From: an uncultured Candidatus Saccharibacteria bacterium
GTDB lineage: Bacteria; Patescibacteriota; Saccharimonadia; Saccharimonadales; UBA7683
Reading direction: 5' to 3'
Assembly: GCA_964643895.1 (NCBI GenBank)
Contig: CAZXUE010000001.1
Coordinates: forward strand, 17,083-81,082
Length of the DNA: 64,000 nt
This document shows positions 11,062-20,212 of the stretch, in pieces. Position 1 is the stretch's first letter. Every line of letters begins with the position of its first letter. The notes beneath the pieces were generated by a model that was given only the letters and a program-made list of their open reading frames with translations, did not search any database and was not told where the DNA came from. The translations under genes were made by a program, and so were the position numbers.

Positions 11062-12372
11062 TCAAAAGTATTGGTTAGACGATTGTATCACTTTCACAAT
11101 CTCGGCAATGTCCAACACATCCTCTTTTTGGGTTTTGACATTCCGTAGGATATATTTTTTGTTCTGGAGTTCATCTTCGCCAATAAACAGCAGGTATGGT
11201 AGGCCGAGTTTGAGTGCGACCTTTATTTGCTTATCGGGTTTTCTGTCTGTAAGGTCGACCGCCACGTTTATGCCGTTTTCTCGAAGTTCTCGCACGACCG
11301 CTTGCGCCTCTTTTAGCACATCACCTATCGTCACAACGTACAGCTGAGTGGAAGATTGTAGTTTTGGCAGTAGATTATGACTTTCTAAAAAGTTCTCAAT
11401 GGGCGCATCGCCCATGCCGAAGCCAACCGTAGCTACTGGCTCAACACCAAAGGCTCCGACCAGTCCATCATAGCGGCCGCCGCCAAACATAGAACGGTTA
11501 TTTTCTGGATTTTGGTCAACAACTTCAAACACAATGTCGGTGTAATAATCAAAGCCGCGCATCAACGTGATATCGAACGTCACTGAGGTAATTTGGTGTT
11601 CGGCCAAAAGTGTGAAGAGCAGCTGGACCTCTTTTACGGCTGTTGTTTCTGTAATGCTTTGAGGCAAGTCAGCCAGTGTCTTGGCTTTAATGAGAGTGTA
11701 GAGCTTTTGCAGACCATTTTCGGCTTGCTCAGGTTTGAAGATATCGCGCGCCTTTTCAACAAACGTATTGGCTGGCATCTTATCTTTTTTGTCAAAAAGC
11801 TGCACCATCTGCTTGGCCTGCGTGGCATCAAGCTCCAGGTACTGGTTCATAATCAGATTAATAAGCTTACGGCTGTTAATTTTAATCTGATACATGGTTT
11901 CATCAGCACCAAATTCCTTCATAATAGCGTCCACTACTGAGATAATCTCCAAATCTGCATCAATTGTTGCCACGCCAAACAGATCAACGTTCAACTGCCA
12001 AAACTGACGGTTACGCCCCCTCTGCGGTCGTTCATAGCGCCAGCAATCAGGAATAGAAAACCATCTCAGCGGATAGGCAAGCTCCTGACGACGTGCCGCC
12101 ACCATCCGTGAAACGCTCGGTGTCATCTCTGGCCGCATCACTACCGTTCGGCCGCCGCGATCGGTAAAGCTATAGGTCTGCTCATTCACAATTTCATCAC
12201 TGGTTTTGCTAGTGTAGAGCTCAATCGGCTCCAACACCGGCGCAGTGTACTCTTCGTAACCATAGCGCTGGCAAACTCGCCGCCAGACACTAAAAATATA
12301 TTCCTGTAACCGTTTATCCTCAGGATAAAAATCCCGCGCCCCTTTATAACTTTGTGTACTTAGTTTTGCCAT
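11062..12372 (-). CDS. hisS: histidine--tRNA ligase
   Basis: KGARDFYPE, class-II motifs, RYERPQRGRNRQFWQ (HisRS motif 2/histidine A region) and a C-terminal anticodon-binding domain. Confidence 0.93.
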   Translation of the reverse strand: MAKLSTQSYKGARDFYPEDKRLQEYIFSVWRRVCQRYGYEEYTAPVLEPIELYTSKTSDEIVNEQTYSFTDRGGRTVVMRPEMTPSVSRMVAARRQELAYPLRWFSIPDCWRYERPQRGRNRQFWQLNVDLFGVATIDADLEIISVVDAIMKEFGADETMYQIKINSRKLINLIMNQYLELDATQAKQMVQLFDKKDKMPANTFVEKARDIFKPEQAENGLQKLYTLIKAKTLADLPQSITETTAVKEVQLLFTLLAEHQITSVTFDITLMRGFDYYTDIVFEVVDQNPENNRSMFGGGRYDGLVGAFGVEPVATVGFGMGDAPIENFLESHNLLPKLQSSTQLYVVTIGDVLKEAQAVVRELRENGINVAVDLTDRKPDKQIKVALKLGLPYLLFIGEDELQNKKYILRNVKTQKEDVLDIAEIVKVIQSSNQYF

Positions 12373-12409
12373 GATTACCTTTCATTATACGTTATTGGTT
12401 GTATTTTAT

Positions 12410-13306
12410 TCACCTAAACTCAACTCTCTCTTCAGCAACAATAGTAATCGCTTGGTTAAGTGGTAAGTAAAGAGGTTTTTGGCCATGTCCGCACGGTACA
12501 TCAAAGACAATTGGAATTCTCTTGAGATAATCTCTCGTCTGCAAGAATCCCTTGATATCCTGGTACTTTAGGTTATAAGTGTCCGGAAACCTTCCTACCA
12601 TAAGACCTTGCAAGTTTTCTCTGGCACTCGGAAGCAACATGATTGCATCAATATTGCGTATAAAATCACGCCAAATATATTCCTTCCGCTTGAGTATGTC
12701 CTCACCTTCCATAAAAAGAATGTATGGTTTGTTAAATTCTGGACAAAGCTGATTGCCTTGCAGTAGGGAAAAGCTGTAGTTATTGCCGCCAAGTATTCGG
12801 CCTTTCATGACACCAGGTGTAATTATCTTTACTTTCTCTAGCTCATATAAGCTCGAGTATGCTCTAATATCTTTCTTATACAGTAGATATAGACTTCTGG
12901 CTGCATTTTGATTGAGTCTAGCCGGATTCAGGTAATCGTCCATTGAGGGGCCGTAGAAAGATCCCTGACTTAATGCATTGGCAATTATTGTATTGTCGGA
13001 ATACCCTGCAAATCTTGAGCGTTGCGCAGTCCTGAACAGCTCACTATACGCAAGTAGTTCTATGGAATTGAAGCCTCCGTCCCATGCAAGTGCAATATCA
13101 GAGTTTTTTAGTGCCTCTGACAACGATTTAAATCGTTCCGAAGCTCTACGTGAACCAAATACATCACTGGCAATAATCCTCTTGTCAATGCTCACATCGA
13201 AGTATTCGTTTAACTGAGTGTACTTAGAAATAGCATTGTTATACTGCCGACTCGTTGCCCCGAGGCTTGTTATACAGACTCTAATTTTAGGCTTATTTTT
13301 GCTCAT
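12410..13306 (-). CDS. LD-carboxypeptidase (peptidase S66, LdcA/MccF-like)
   Basis: GYSDNT nucleophile-elbow motif and a C-terminal CGHGQ, both typical of S66 muramoyltetrapeptide carboxypeptidases. It is AT-rich with frequent AGA/AGG Arg codons, unlike the core genes. Confidence 0.7.
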   Translation of the reverse strand: MSKNKPKIRVCITSLGATSRQYNNAISKYTQLNEYFDVSIDKRIIASDVFGSRRASERFKSLSEALKNSDIALAWDGGFNSIELLAYSELFRTAQRSRFAGYSDNTIIANALSQGSFYGPSMDDYLNPARLNQNAARSLYLLYKKDIRAYSSLYELEKVKIITPGVMKGRILGGNNYSFSLLQGNQLCPEFNKPYILFMEGEDILKRKEYIWRDFIRNIDAIMLLPSARENLQGLMVGRFPDTYNLKYQDIKGFLQTRDYLKRIPIVFDVPCGHGQKPLYLPLNQAITIVAEERVEFR

Positions 13307-13312
13307 GACTAC

Positions 13313-14095
13313 TTACGCTATCTTTCCATTTGTTAGAAGATTTTGGACTTCCGCCTGGTCCAAAAACTCTAAGTCTATCCAGTCTCGTTTACCAGGCTGC
13401 AAATCTAATGTGAGCAGAGGCTCAACGCCAAGCTCATCTTGTGCTAAACGCGCTGCAGGCTCCATAACTTCGGCGGCAAAGGTGGTAGGTGGCGTATCAA
13501 ATAGTACAGCCCTTCCTGACGCATACAAGCCCATGAGAGCCCTATAGTAGTACGGAGATCTTGAGCGAGCATTTTCAGTACATCCAAATCTCTCTGCCTG
13601 AACCCTATACCATTCACTTAGGTCTACCCTCGCGTCGTCCACGGGCAAACCTCCTACCTCTAAAGCAACTTCTCTGATTGACATCCAGTAATCTACTATG
13701 GTGCTTCCGTATATAGTTTGCGCATCCTTTAGCTGGCCTCGTCGCTGCGATTCTGGGACTACCCATTGACGGCTTCTCTGTCCTTTAGGTAGCTTCAGAC
13801 TTGGTCTATAGCAATCCACTACACCAGGATTTGCTGTTACATACTCGGTGTCGGCATAGGTTGCCACAGTAGAATCAAACCCACTAGCCTGTACTAATCT
13901 TAAAAAATCAATTTCTAGCTCTGATCCTTTCGCCAGGTATGGTGCAAATACAGCGCGTGGGTTTTTTACTTCATCGAAACCCAAAGGCCATACATTACCA
14001 AGAAAAGCCGCTACTCTATTTTGCAACTTTGCATCATTGAGCCTTCTTCCCGCTTCCTCATACGCTTCATTTATCGTTTTAAATTCTAAACTCAT
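13313..14095 (-). CDS. hypothetical protein (260 aa, unknown family)
   Basis: Long clean ORF adjacent to the S66 peptidase. Codon usage is AGA/GTA-rich and atypical. I recognise no motifs. Confidence 0.6.
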   Translation of the reverse strand: MSLEFKTINEAYEEAGRRLNDAKLQNRVAAFLGNVWPLGFDEVKNPRAVFAPYLAKGSELEIDFLRLVQASGFDSTVATYADTEYVTANPGVVDCYRPSLKLPKGQRSRQWVVPESQRRGQLKDAQTIYGSTIVDYWMSIREVALEVGGLPVDDARVDLSEWYRVQAERFGCTENARSRSPYYYRALMGLYASGRAVLFDTPPTTFAAEVMEPAARLAQDELGVEPLLTLDLQPGKRDWIDLEFLDQAEVQNLLTNGKIA

Positions 14096-14125
14096 CCTAA
14101 GTTCCTTTTAGTTAAAATAATTCTG

Positions 14126-14157
14126 TAAAGAAAAACGCCCCGTTGGTCGGAGCGTTT
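14126..14157 (-). terminator. putative Rho-independent terminator
   Basis: Hairpin aaacgcCccg-ttggt-cggAgcgttt, followed on the minus strand by TTTTTCTTT. It lies between the 14305-14571 gene and the 13313-14095 gene. Confidence 0.45.
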
Positions 14158-14304
14158 GTTGTTCAAATTTGAGGTATGAAAAGGCTATCCGACCAAGCGA
14201 GGCTGGATATGTGCGTGGCTGTTGTTAGCCAGAAGGTTTAAGCTGGTGTTTAGATATAATTTACACATCTATCTTTTCATTATAGCACATACTTATACAG
14301 TTTG

Positions 14305-14571
14305 TCAAGCAGCTTGTGCTTCGAGCGCTTCAATTCTAGTGTCGTGATCATCAACCTGCTCAATGGTTGCATCAAGTTTTCGCTCAATTCGATTGGTTGT
14401 TAGCTTCAGTTCATCGACATCTTCTTTTAGCCCACTCACACCTTCTTTAAGGGAGTGGACTTCTGGAGAAAGCGCGCCCAGGATTTCTTGCACAAATCCT
14501 TCCATAGCCTTGTTCATACGCTGTTCCAGCTCTTGTAGATCTTGCTTTGTTGCCCCTTGAGAACTATCCAT
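14305..14571 (-). CDS. small coiled-coil protein (88 aa)
   Basis: Heptad-rich, acidic/basic alternating sequence (…DLQELEQRMNKAMEGF…RIEALEAQAA). It is divergent from a second coiled-coil ORF 38 bp away. Confidence 0.55.
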   Translation of the reverse strand: MDSSQGATKQDLQELEQRMNKAMEGFVQEILGALSPEVHSLKEGVSGLKEDVDELKLTTNRIERKLDATIEQVDDHDTRIEALEAQAA

Positions 14572-14609
14572 ATACTTAGTTTATCACGTATTTTTGCTAT
14601 ACTAAAAGC

Positions 14610-14897
14610 ATGTTGAATCAAGATGATCTGAAAAACTTAACCGGGTGGCTCCAAGCAATTTTTAAAGAAGTACAAGAATCTAAAGGGATTTCAAATGAAC
14701 TGCGCGATAAACTCAACATGCTCCCAGAAATTCGAGATTTCGTCTCGCGCGAACGCGGCGGCAACAGTGAGCTTGATCGACGAATTGAAGACAGCAAAAA
14801 TCATCTTGAAGCCAAGGTTGACCGCCTTGAGCAGCAAATTCACGAACTGCGCAACATTTTAAACGATATCAAAAACAAAGTTGACCGCTTGAATTAA
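14610..14897 (+). CDS. small coiled-coil protein (95 aa)
   Basis: …KVDRLEQQIHELRNILNDIKNKVDRLN. A TATACT -10-like hexamer lies 8 nt upstream of the ATG, so the mRNA may be leaderless. Confidence 0.55.
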   Translation: MLNQDDLKNLTGWLQAIFKEVQESKGISNELRDKLNMLPEIRDFVSRERGGNSELDRRIEDSKNHLEAKVDRLEQQIHELRNILNDIKNKVDRLN

Positions 14898-15520
14898 CTT
14901 TGCCAAGTTGGTAGTTCACAGTGTAACGATTCTTCAGGCCTGAGCGGGCACATATCCGCCGGATAATCATCGAGTTTGATGTCTAGCAAGCTGGCTACTC
15001 GCATAGGCTTTTCGGGATCTAGCGGGTTTGGCAGCTCGGTAATCCCGACCATACTGCGGTTAGCTACAACCGCAACATTAATTGCTGCTGGCACATAATC
15101 GCTTAGGCTTTCTACTAATTCCGTAACGCTTGTGCCATGGGTAAGGGCATCATCAACGACAACCAAGTTTCTACCCGCAATATGTATTTTGTTGCCAGTG
15201 AGGAACCGTCCATCACGCTTGGTCGATACAAGCGGCCTTATTGGGCGATGCAATTCTCTGGATGCGCTACCAGCAACAGCCTCTGCCATACAGTTTGCAC
15301 CGTTTCCCACTGTCAGAACTGCATCGCAATTGGTAAAGTTCTCAGCTATAAGCCGTCCCATGGCTCGGCAGGTTTTCCGAAGTAATCTGCGATGCTCTGC
15401 GATACGGTCAAACTCAAACTTTACTAAACTATGATTACCACTTTTAAAAACGAAATGTCCGTCCACTAGCGCTCTATCTCGTAACTGATCGGGCAAGCTT
15501 TTTCTTATACTATTAGCCAT
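14894..15520 (-). CDS. phosphoribosyltransferase family protein (orotate-PRTase-like)
   Basis: HFVFKSGNHSLVKFEFDRI matches the OPRTase N-terminal motif. VVVDDALTHGTS is the PRPP-binding loop. Confidence 0.65.
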   Translation of the reverse strand: MANSIRKSLPDQLRDRALVDGHFVFKSGNHSLVKFEFDRIAEHRRLLRKTCRAMGRLIAENFTNCDAVLTVGNGANCMAEAVAGSASRELHRPIRPLVSTKRDGRFLTGNKIHIAGRNLVVVDDALTHGTSVTELVESLSDYVPAAINVAVVANRSMVGITELPNPLDPEKPMRVASLLDIKLDDYPADMCPLRPEESLHCELPTWQS

Positions 15521-15593
15521 GTTATCTCAATTGTATCAAATTGCACACCGCGGTAGACGAAGTCGAAGCCCTAGTTAGGCTGAGCCGAAATAA

Positions 15594-16238
15594 CTAAACC
15601 TTCTGGGGTTCTTCACCGACTTGTAATTCTAAAGGTACAATATAACCTTCACTGATAAGGTAGCTTTCAGCATCCAGCACACGGACGAAATCCTCATACG
15701 TAATTGGCCCCTGCTCCTGAGAGCTGAAGCTTAGCTCGTAGTACTTACCGTTTACATAATCTCCCATGAAACCATATGTATCAAAGATTTTTGCTAGTCC
15801 ATAATCAGAATGCTCGTAGTCGGCTAGGCTTAGGTAAGTCTCACGCTCTCTACCTCCGCCTCTACGTCTTTCAACAGGCAGCTCGTCTTCGCTAATTATT
15901 CTTTTGTAAGTTTTCAGAGCATTACCATTTGCAAAGCCAGTACTCACGCTCCATTGCGGAACAGCTTCTGCGAAAGCTTGTAGCTCATCTCCACTCAATA
16001 CTTCAGTGGCTCTCTCTACCCCCGCTCTTTCACCTACAGCTTTAGCTAGCGCAATTACACCAGATGCATAGGCTGAACGTTCTCTGGCTATCGCAAGCGC
16101 TTCTACAGCTTGGTCAGTAGCTCTTTCGGTTATATCTAAAAGATCTGCACCTAGTTTACGCGTTTCTCGTGTAGTTTCTATTGCTTCACCTATTAATTGT
16201 GTTGCCCCCAATAATAGTACTGGGTAGTATTTTTGCAA
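15594..16238 (-). CDS. hypothetical protein (214 aa)
   Basis: Open frame with an apparent TTG start, no in-frame ATG near the 5' end, and AGA-rich codon usage. Function unknown. Confidence 0.45.
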   Translation of the reverse strand: MQKYYPVLLLGATQLIGEAIETTRETRKLGADLLDITERATDQAVEALAIARERSAYASGVIALAKAVGERAGVERATEVLSGDELQAFAEAVPQWSVSTGFANGNALKTYKRIISEDELPVERRRGGGRERETYLSLADYEHSDYGLAKIFDTYGFMGDYVNGKYYELSFSSQEQGPITYEDFVRVLDAESYLISEGYIVPLELQVGEEPQKV

Positions 16239-16435
16239 GCATAAACAAAATAAAAATAATCTCGTTTGAGGTTATTAGGGTTACGAATGGTACACCGGGA
16301 GGGATAGTGCCGCGCTTTTCCGTTCGAACTTACTCGATGCGAGCATCTGCGTGAGATCTCACTCCACCGAACCCCCGACCTACAAATTTTGTACCAAAGT
16401 TTAGTCAGGGCTTCGGGTCGCTCTCGGGAATAACC

Positions 16436-16464
16436 AACTTAAAAATCCTGCCAGAAGCAGGATT
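16436..16464 (-). terminator. Rho-independent terminator downstream of tRNA-Leu
   Basis: Perfect 8-bp stem aatcctgc/gcaggatt with a cagaa loop, followed on the minus strand by TTTTT. Confidence 0.7.
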
Positions 16465-16471
16465 CGTAAGT

Positions 16472-16556
16472 TGGTACCGCGGAGAGGACTTGAACCTCCA
16501 CGCCTTGCGGCACTAGCTCCTAAGGCTAGCGTGTCTACCAATTCCACCACCGCGGC
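16472..16556 (-). tRNA. tRNA-Leu (anticodon UAG), class II long variable arm, CCA encoded
   Basis: Reverse complement reads GCCGCGGTGGTGGAATTGGTAGACACG-CTAGC-CTTAGGA-GCTAG-TGCCGCAAGGCGT-GGAGGTTCAAGTCCTCT-CCGCGGT-A-CCA. The features are a 7-bp acceptor stem, an anticodon loop CUUAGGA and a T-loop TTCAAGT. Confidence 0.85.
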
Positions 16557-16633
16557 ACAGATGAGGTTGGAACGTGTCTATTGTACGACAGATCAGCGAT
16601 TTGTTCTACTAGAAAGTAGGCGCCAAGCGACGC

Positions 16634-17161
16634 CTACTGTAAACGGTAGTAAGCTAGTGCCGCATCGCCATAATTTCGATTGTCCACCACAACAACTCCA
16701 TTGGACGAAGGCACATCTTCCCTACCTGGGTACGATAATACCATAAGCCCTTTTGGGTTTAAATGCTCTTTTAGTGCAAAAACTGTGGATAACTGAAGAT
16801 CGTTATAGGGTGGATCGCACAAAATGATATCAAATTTTTTATCCACATTCTGCTTGCCCCATGCTCGGCAGCCGGCCTTCACAACATCCAGATTTCTAAC
16901 CCGTAGTTTCTCTGCATTATCTTTTGCAATCTGGTATGCCTTAGGGTCGCGTTCAGTCGCAAGCGCATATTCAGCGCCCCTGCTGATAGCCTCGATTGCA
17001 AGCGCGCCGCTGCCAGCAAACGCATCCCATACCTTTTTGCCGCTCAGATCACCAAGTGTATTGAAGAGCGCCGAGCGTGGCCGTTCGCCCATCGGATGCG
17101 TTCTGTAGCCGCGCGGCGCTTTTATTATTCTGCTGCCGTGTAGCCCGCCAATAATACGCAT
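16634..17161 (-). CDS. rsmD: 16S rRNA (guanine966-N2)-methyltransferase
   Basis: DAFAGSGALAIEAISRGA (AdoMet motif I) and DPPY motif IV, at a typical ~175 aa. Confidence 0.85.
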   Translation of the reverse strand: MRIIGGLHGSRIIKAPRGYRTHPMGERPRSALFNTLGDLSGKKVWDAFAGSGALAIEAISRGAEYALATERDPKAYQIAKDNAEKLRVRNLDVVKAGCRAWGKQNVDKKFDIILCDPPYNDLQLSTVFALKEHLNPKGLMVLSYPGREDVPSSNGVVVVDNRNYGDAALAYYRLQ

Positions 17162-17964
17162 CAGGCTTCGGCCTCATCAAGCGCGAGTATCCATGCTGCG
17201 GCAATGGTGCGTACAATGCGCGGCGCAAGCTCAGTACGTATCTGCCTGGCAAGCTTGACGCTCCAGCCGCGACCAAGAAAGCGTTCATACATATTTAGTT
17301 CATAAATTTCCAGTGCTTGCTCTCGTATGTAGCCCTCAAAACCGATGTTACGGATGTGCCTGATGTCAGCGTCGGTAAGGTAGTGCTTCTTAAACTTCAT
17401 AGGACGAACGGTGGAAGAAACGCCCCATTCAAAATACGCATGGCTGATAATTAAACCTTTTGCACCCCACAACTTCCAGTTTTTGCTGAGAGTCTGGCGT
17501 TTTGTATCACCTTTAATCATTACTTTTTGCTTAAAGCTGGTTCGGGTTTCAATCCCTTCACCGCGCAGTTCTATCAGCTTTTTCTCGTATGGATAATGAT
17601 GGGCGGGAGTAAGGCCGTCAACAACTGCATGCGCCAGCCACGCAGCCTCGAAAGCAGCCTTCTCTTCGTCGTTATCTTTCAAGGCTGTCTTAAGGCTCGC
17701 AAAGTGATTATTGATAATATCAAGCAATCGTGTGTCATCTGGGTCGGTCGGGTCCCAGTAGTGCCATGGCTCGTCAACGGCCGGACTTTTGCGTTTAATG
17801 CCGTCCGGCCCGTTATTGCCCTCAAAGTGTAGGATGAGCTTTGAAGATGGAAACCTCGCATCTGGTCTCGATACCTGAACAAACTTTCGTGCGACACGAT
17901 CAAACTTTTGATGCGCACCAATTAAGTTTCCGGATTTATTGTGTAACGTCGTTCCTGAGTACAT
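17161..17964 (-). CDS. zinc-dependent phospholipase C / S1-P1 nuclease-fold protein
   Basis: WHYWDPTDPDD resembles the PLC HFYDPD zinc-ligand region. AHAVVDGLTPAHHYPY resembles PLC HYLGDVNQPMHAAN. Confidence 0.5.
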   Translation of the reverse strand: MYSGTTLHNKSGNLIGAHQKFDRVARKFVQVSRPDARFPSSKLILHFEGNNGPDGIKRKSPAVDEPWHYWDPTDPDDTRLLDIINNHFASLKTALKDNDEEKAAFEAAWLAHAVVDGLTPAHHYPYEKKLIELRGEGIETRTSFKQKVMIKGDTKRQTLSKNWKLWGAKGLIISHAYFEWGVSSTVRPMKFKKHYLTDADIRHIRNIGFEGYIREQALEIYELNMYERFLGRGWSVKLARQIRTELAPRIVRTIAAAWILALDEAEA

Positions 17965-18071
17965 GTATCTAGTTTATAGTGTTTGGTTCGTTGTTGGTAG
18001 TTCTACAAATTAATAGACGAGTTTCGGCTCTGGCCATTGATCTATGAAAGGCTCGGGGTGCTCACCTGTGT

Positions 18072-20099
18072 TTAATTAAGATAGGTTAAGCTGAGAGATT
18101 TTTGTACTCTTGTGCGGAGCTCGGGATAATGCTCGAGGTGTTCTTTTTTGATGAAGGTTTCGGCAGCACTTTTTGCTTGTTTAATTAAACTCAGGTCGGT
18201 GATGTTGGCGATTTTAAGGTCTAGCGCACCGTGCTGCTTGCTGCCATAAATTGCGCCGGGACCGCGAAGCTCCAGATCCATTTCTGCCAGCTTGAAGCCG
18301 TCATTGGTCTGTTCCATCGCCCGAAGACGTTTTGAGGGTTTCTGGCTCGTGCTCGGAATAAGATAGCAGTAACCCTGATGCTCGCCACGACCCACTCGGC
18401 CCCTCAGTTGGTGCAGCTGAGCCAGGCCAAACTGATCTGCTCCTTCAATCAGCATGACCGCAGCATTCGGGATATCTATGCCAACCTCAATAACGGTTGT
18501 GCTCACTAGAATATCCAGTTCCCCCTGAGCAAACGCTTGCATCACTTTTGCCTTTTCTTCATCCTTCATCTTGCCGTGAAGCGTACCTATTCTCCGATGC
18601 TTAAACACGCCCGTCTTCAATCGTTTTACTTCCTCGTTCACGCTTTTAGCTTCAGAATTTTCAGAATCGTCAATCAACGGACACACCACAAATACCTGGC
18701 GACCAGCTTTAATTTCATCATCGATAATTTGGTAGAGTTGCGGCCGCGAATTAAGCGACCAAAGGTGAGTTTCAATCGGCAAGCGGTTTTTCGGTTTAGC
18801 TCCGATGATTGAAATATCCAGCTCGCCGTACACTGTCAATGCTAGCGAACGCGGAATTGGCGTGGCTGTCATGCTCAGAATATGCGGAATCTTTTCGCCC
18901 TTATCCACCAGTTTTTGCCGCTGTTTAACGCCAAACCGATGCTGTTCGTCAACAATAATAAAACCGAGGCGCTTAAATTGAACCGACTCTTGAAGCAAGG
19001 CGTGCGTACCAACAACTATATCAATTTTGCCATCCGCCAGCTGCTGTTTTAAAACGGTTTTTGGTTTGCCTTTCACAGCCGACGTAAGAAGCGCGATGTT
19101 GATACTGAGCGGCTCCAGCAAATCTGCGAGTGTAGCCGCATGTTGCCGAGCTAGCAGTTCAGTTGGAGCCATAAAGGCACTTTGAATACCTTGACGGGCC
19201 GCCATAAAAGCCGCCATTGCTGCTACAACCGTCTTGCCAGCTCCGACGTCACCCTCAAGGAGTCTGTTCATGGGAGTTTCTTTGTCGATATCTTGCAAAA
19301 TTTCCCAGGCAACCTTCTTCTGCTGGGCAGTTAACTCAAACGGCAAAGCTCCGATGTACTTTTTGGCAAAGGTTTGATCAAACTCAACCTGCAAAGCAAT
19401 TTCGGCCTCTACCTGCTTTTTATTGAGCTGTCCCGCCAGCACATACGCAAAAACCTCTTCAAAGCCAATTCGATCTTTCGCCTCGGCTAGTTTTGTTTGG
19501 TTCTCTGGCCAGTGCAGCTGATACGCTGCCTCTGCGTAGCTCATGAAGTCACGCTGCTTCACCAACCATTCTGGCAATGTTTCTGGAAGCTCTTGAAACA
19601 TACTTGTAACTTCAGTGAGCGCTCTTCTGATTTCCCGAGAATCCAGGCCTTTTGTTTGCGGATAGATCGGCACAATTCGCGCTGTGTTAGCAGTAAACTC
19701 CTTGGCTTCCTCAACTGATGGATTTTGCAGTACATAGCGATTGAAGCTGAAATCGTAGAGGCCTGAGAAATAGTACTCGTGATGGGGCTTAAAATACTTC
19801 TCTCGATAAGGCTGGTTAAACCAAACCACTCTTATGGCCGAGCTTGTATCACGAATGACCGCTTCCGTAATATGCATACCACGGCGCACGCGCTTTGTTT
19901 TGATTGATTCAATGCTCGCCTTTACGGTTACTGCACCAGGCTGAATGTCGGCAATCGGCAAAACCTCGGAGTAGTCGTCGTAACGGCGCGGCCAAAAGGT
20001 AAGCAAGTCAGAAATCGTTTCTACGCCAAGCTTCAACAGCTTTTTAGCAGTTTCCGGCCCCACCCCTTTAATTTTTTGTACTGAGGACTGTAAATTCAT
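18072..20099 (-). CDS. recG: ATP-dependent DNA helicase RecG
   Basis: Wedge/OB N-domain, GDVGAGKT Walker A, DEQHRFG, and helicase C motifs. Start is taken at MNLQSS…; an alternative ATG lies at 20120. Confidence 0.92.
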   Translation of the reverse strand: MNLQSSVQKIKGVGPETAKKLLKLGVETISDLLTFWPRRYDDYSEVLPIADIQPGAVTVKASIESIKTKRVRRGMHITEAVIRDTSSAIRVVWFNQPYREKYFKPHHEYYFSGLYDFSFNRYVLQNPSVEEAKEFTANTARIVPIYPQTKGLDSREIRRALTEVTSMFQELPETLPEWLVKQRDFMSYAEAAYQLHWPENQTKLAEAKDRIGFEEVFAYVLAGQLNKKQVEAEIALQVEFDQTFAKKYIGALPFELTAQQKKVAWEILQDIDKETPMNRLLEGDVGAGKTVVAAMAAFMAARQGIQSAFMAPTELLARQHAATLADLLEPLSINIALLTSAVKGKPKTVLKQQLADGKIDIVVGTHALLQESVQFKRLGFIIVDEQHRFGVKQRQKLVDKGEKIPHILSMTATPIPRSLALTVYGELDISIIGAKPKNRLPIETHLWSLNSRPQLYQIIDDEIKAGRQVFVVCPLIDDSENSEAKSVNEEVKRLKTGVFKHRRIGTLHGKMKDEEKAKVMQAFAQGELDILVSTTVIEVGIDIPNAAVMLIEGADQFGLAQLHQLRGRVGRGEHQGYCYLIPSTSQKPSKRLRAMEQTNDGFKLAEMDLELRGPGAIYGSKQHGALDLKIANITDLSLIKQAKSAAETFIKKEHLEHYPELRTRVQKSLSLTYLN

Positions 20100-20119
20100 C
20101 ACCAACAGATTATAGATCA

Positions 20120-20148
20120 TTGACATTTATAATAATCTGTGCTATAAT
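20120..20148 (+). promoter_or_regulatory. consensus sigma70-type promoter (TTGACA-N17-TATAAT)
   Basis: ttgaca at 20120-20125, a 17-nt spacer, tataat at 20143-20148. It lies ~65 nt upstream of the 20213 ORF and overlaps the recG 5' end on the opposite strand. Confidence 0.7.
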
Positions 20149-20212
20149 GGTAATAGTAGTTCAACTCATGAGCTGCAAGGGGTGAAGAACCCCGTATACC
20201 TTTGGAGCATGC

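Noticed and set aside
16261-16440. Possible second tRNA or tmRNA 3' domain (gttcgaac, ggtgtacca strings)
   Set aside because: I could not build an acceptor/T-arm cloverleaf, and there is no GGTTCGAATCC-like T-loop in a proper stem.
16444-16464. CCAGAAGCAGG hairpin resembling the SRP RNA domain IV GGAAGCAG motif
   Set aside because: It is a perfect uninterrupted stem without the conserved internal loops. With its T-run it is better explained as the tRNA-Leu terminator.
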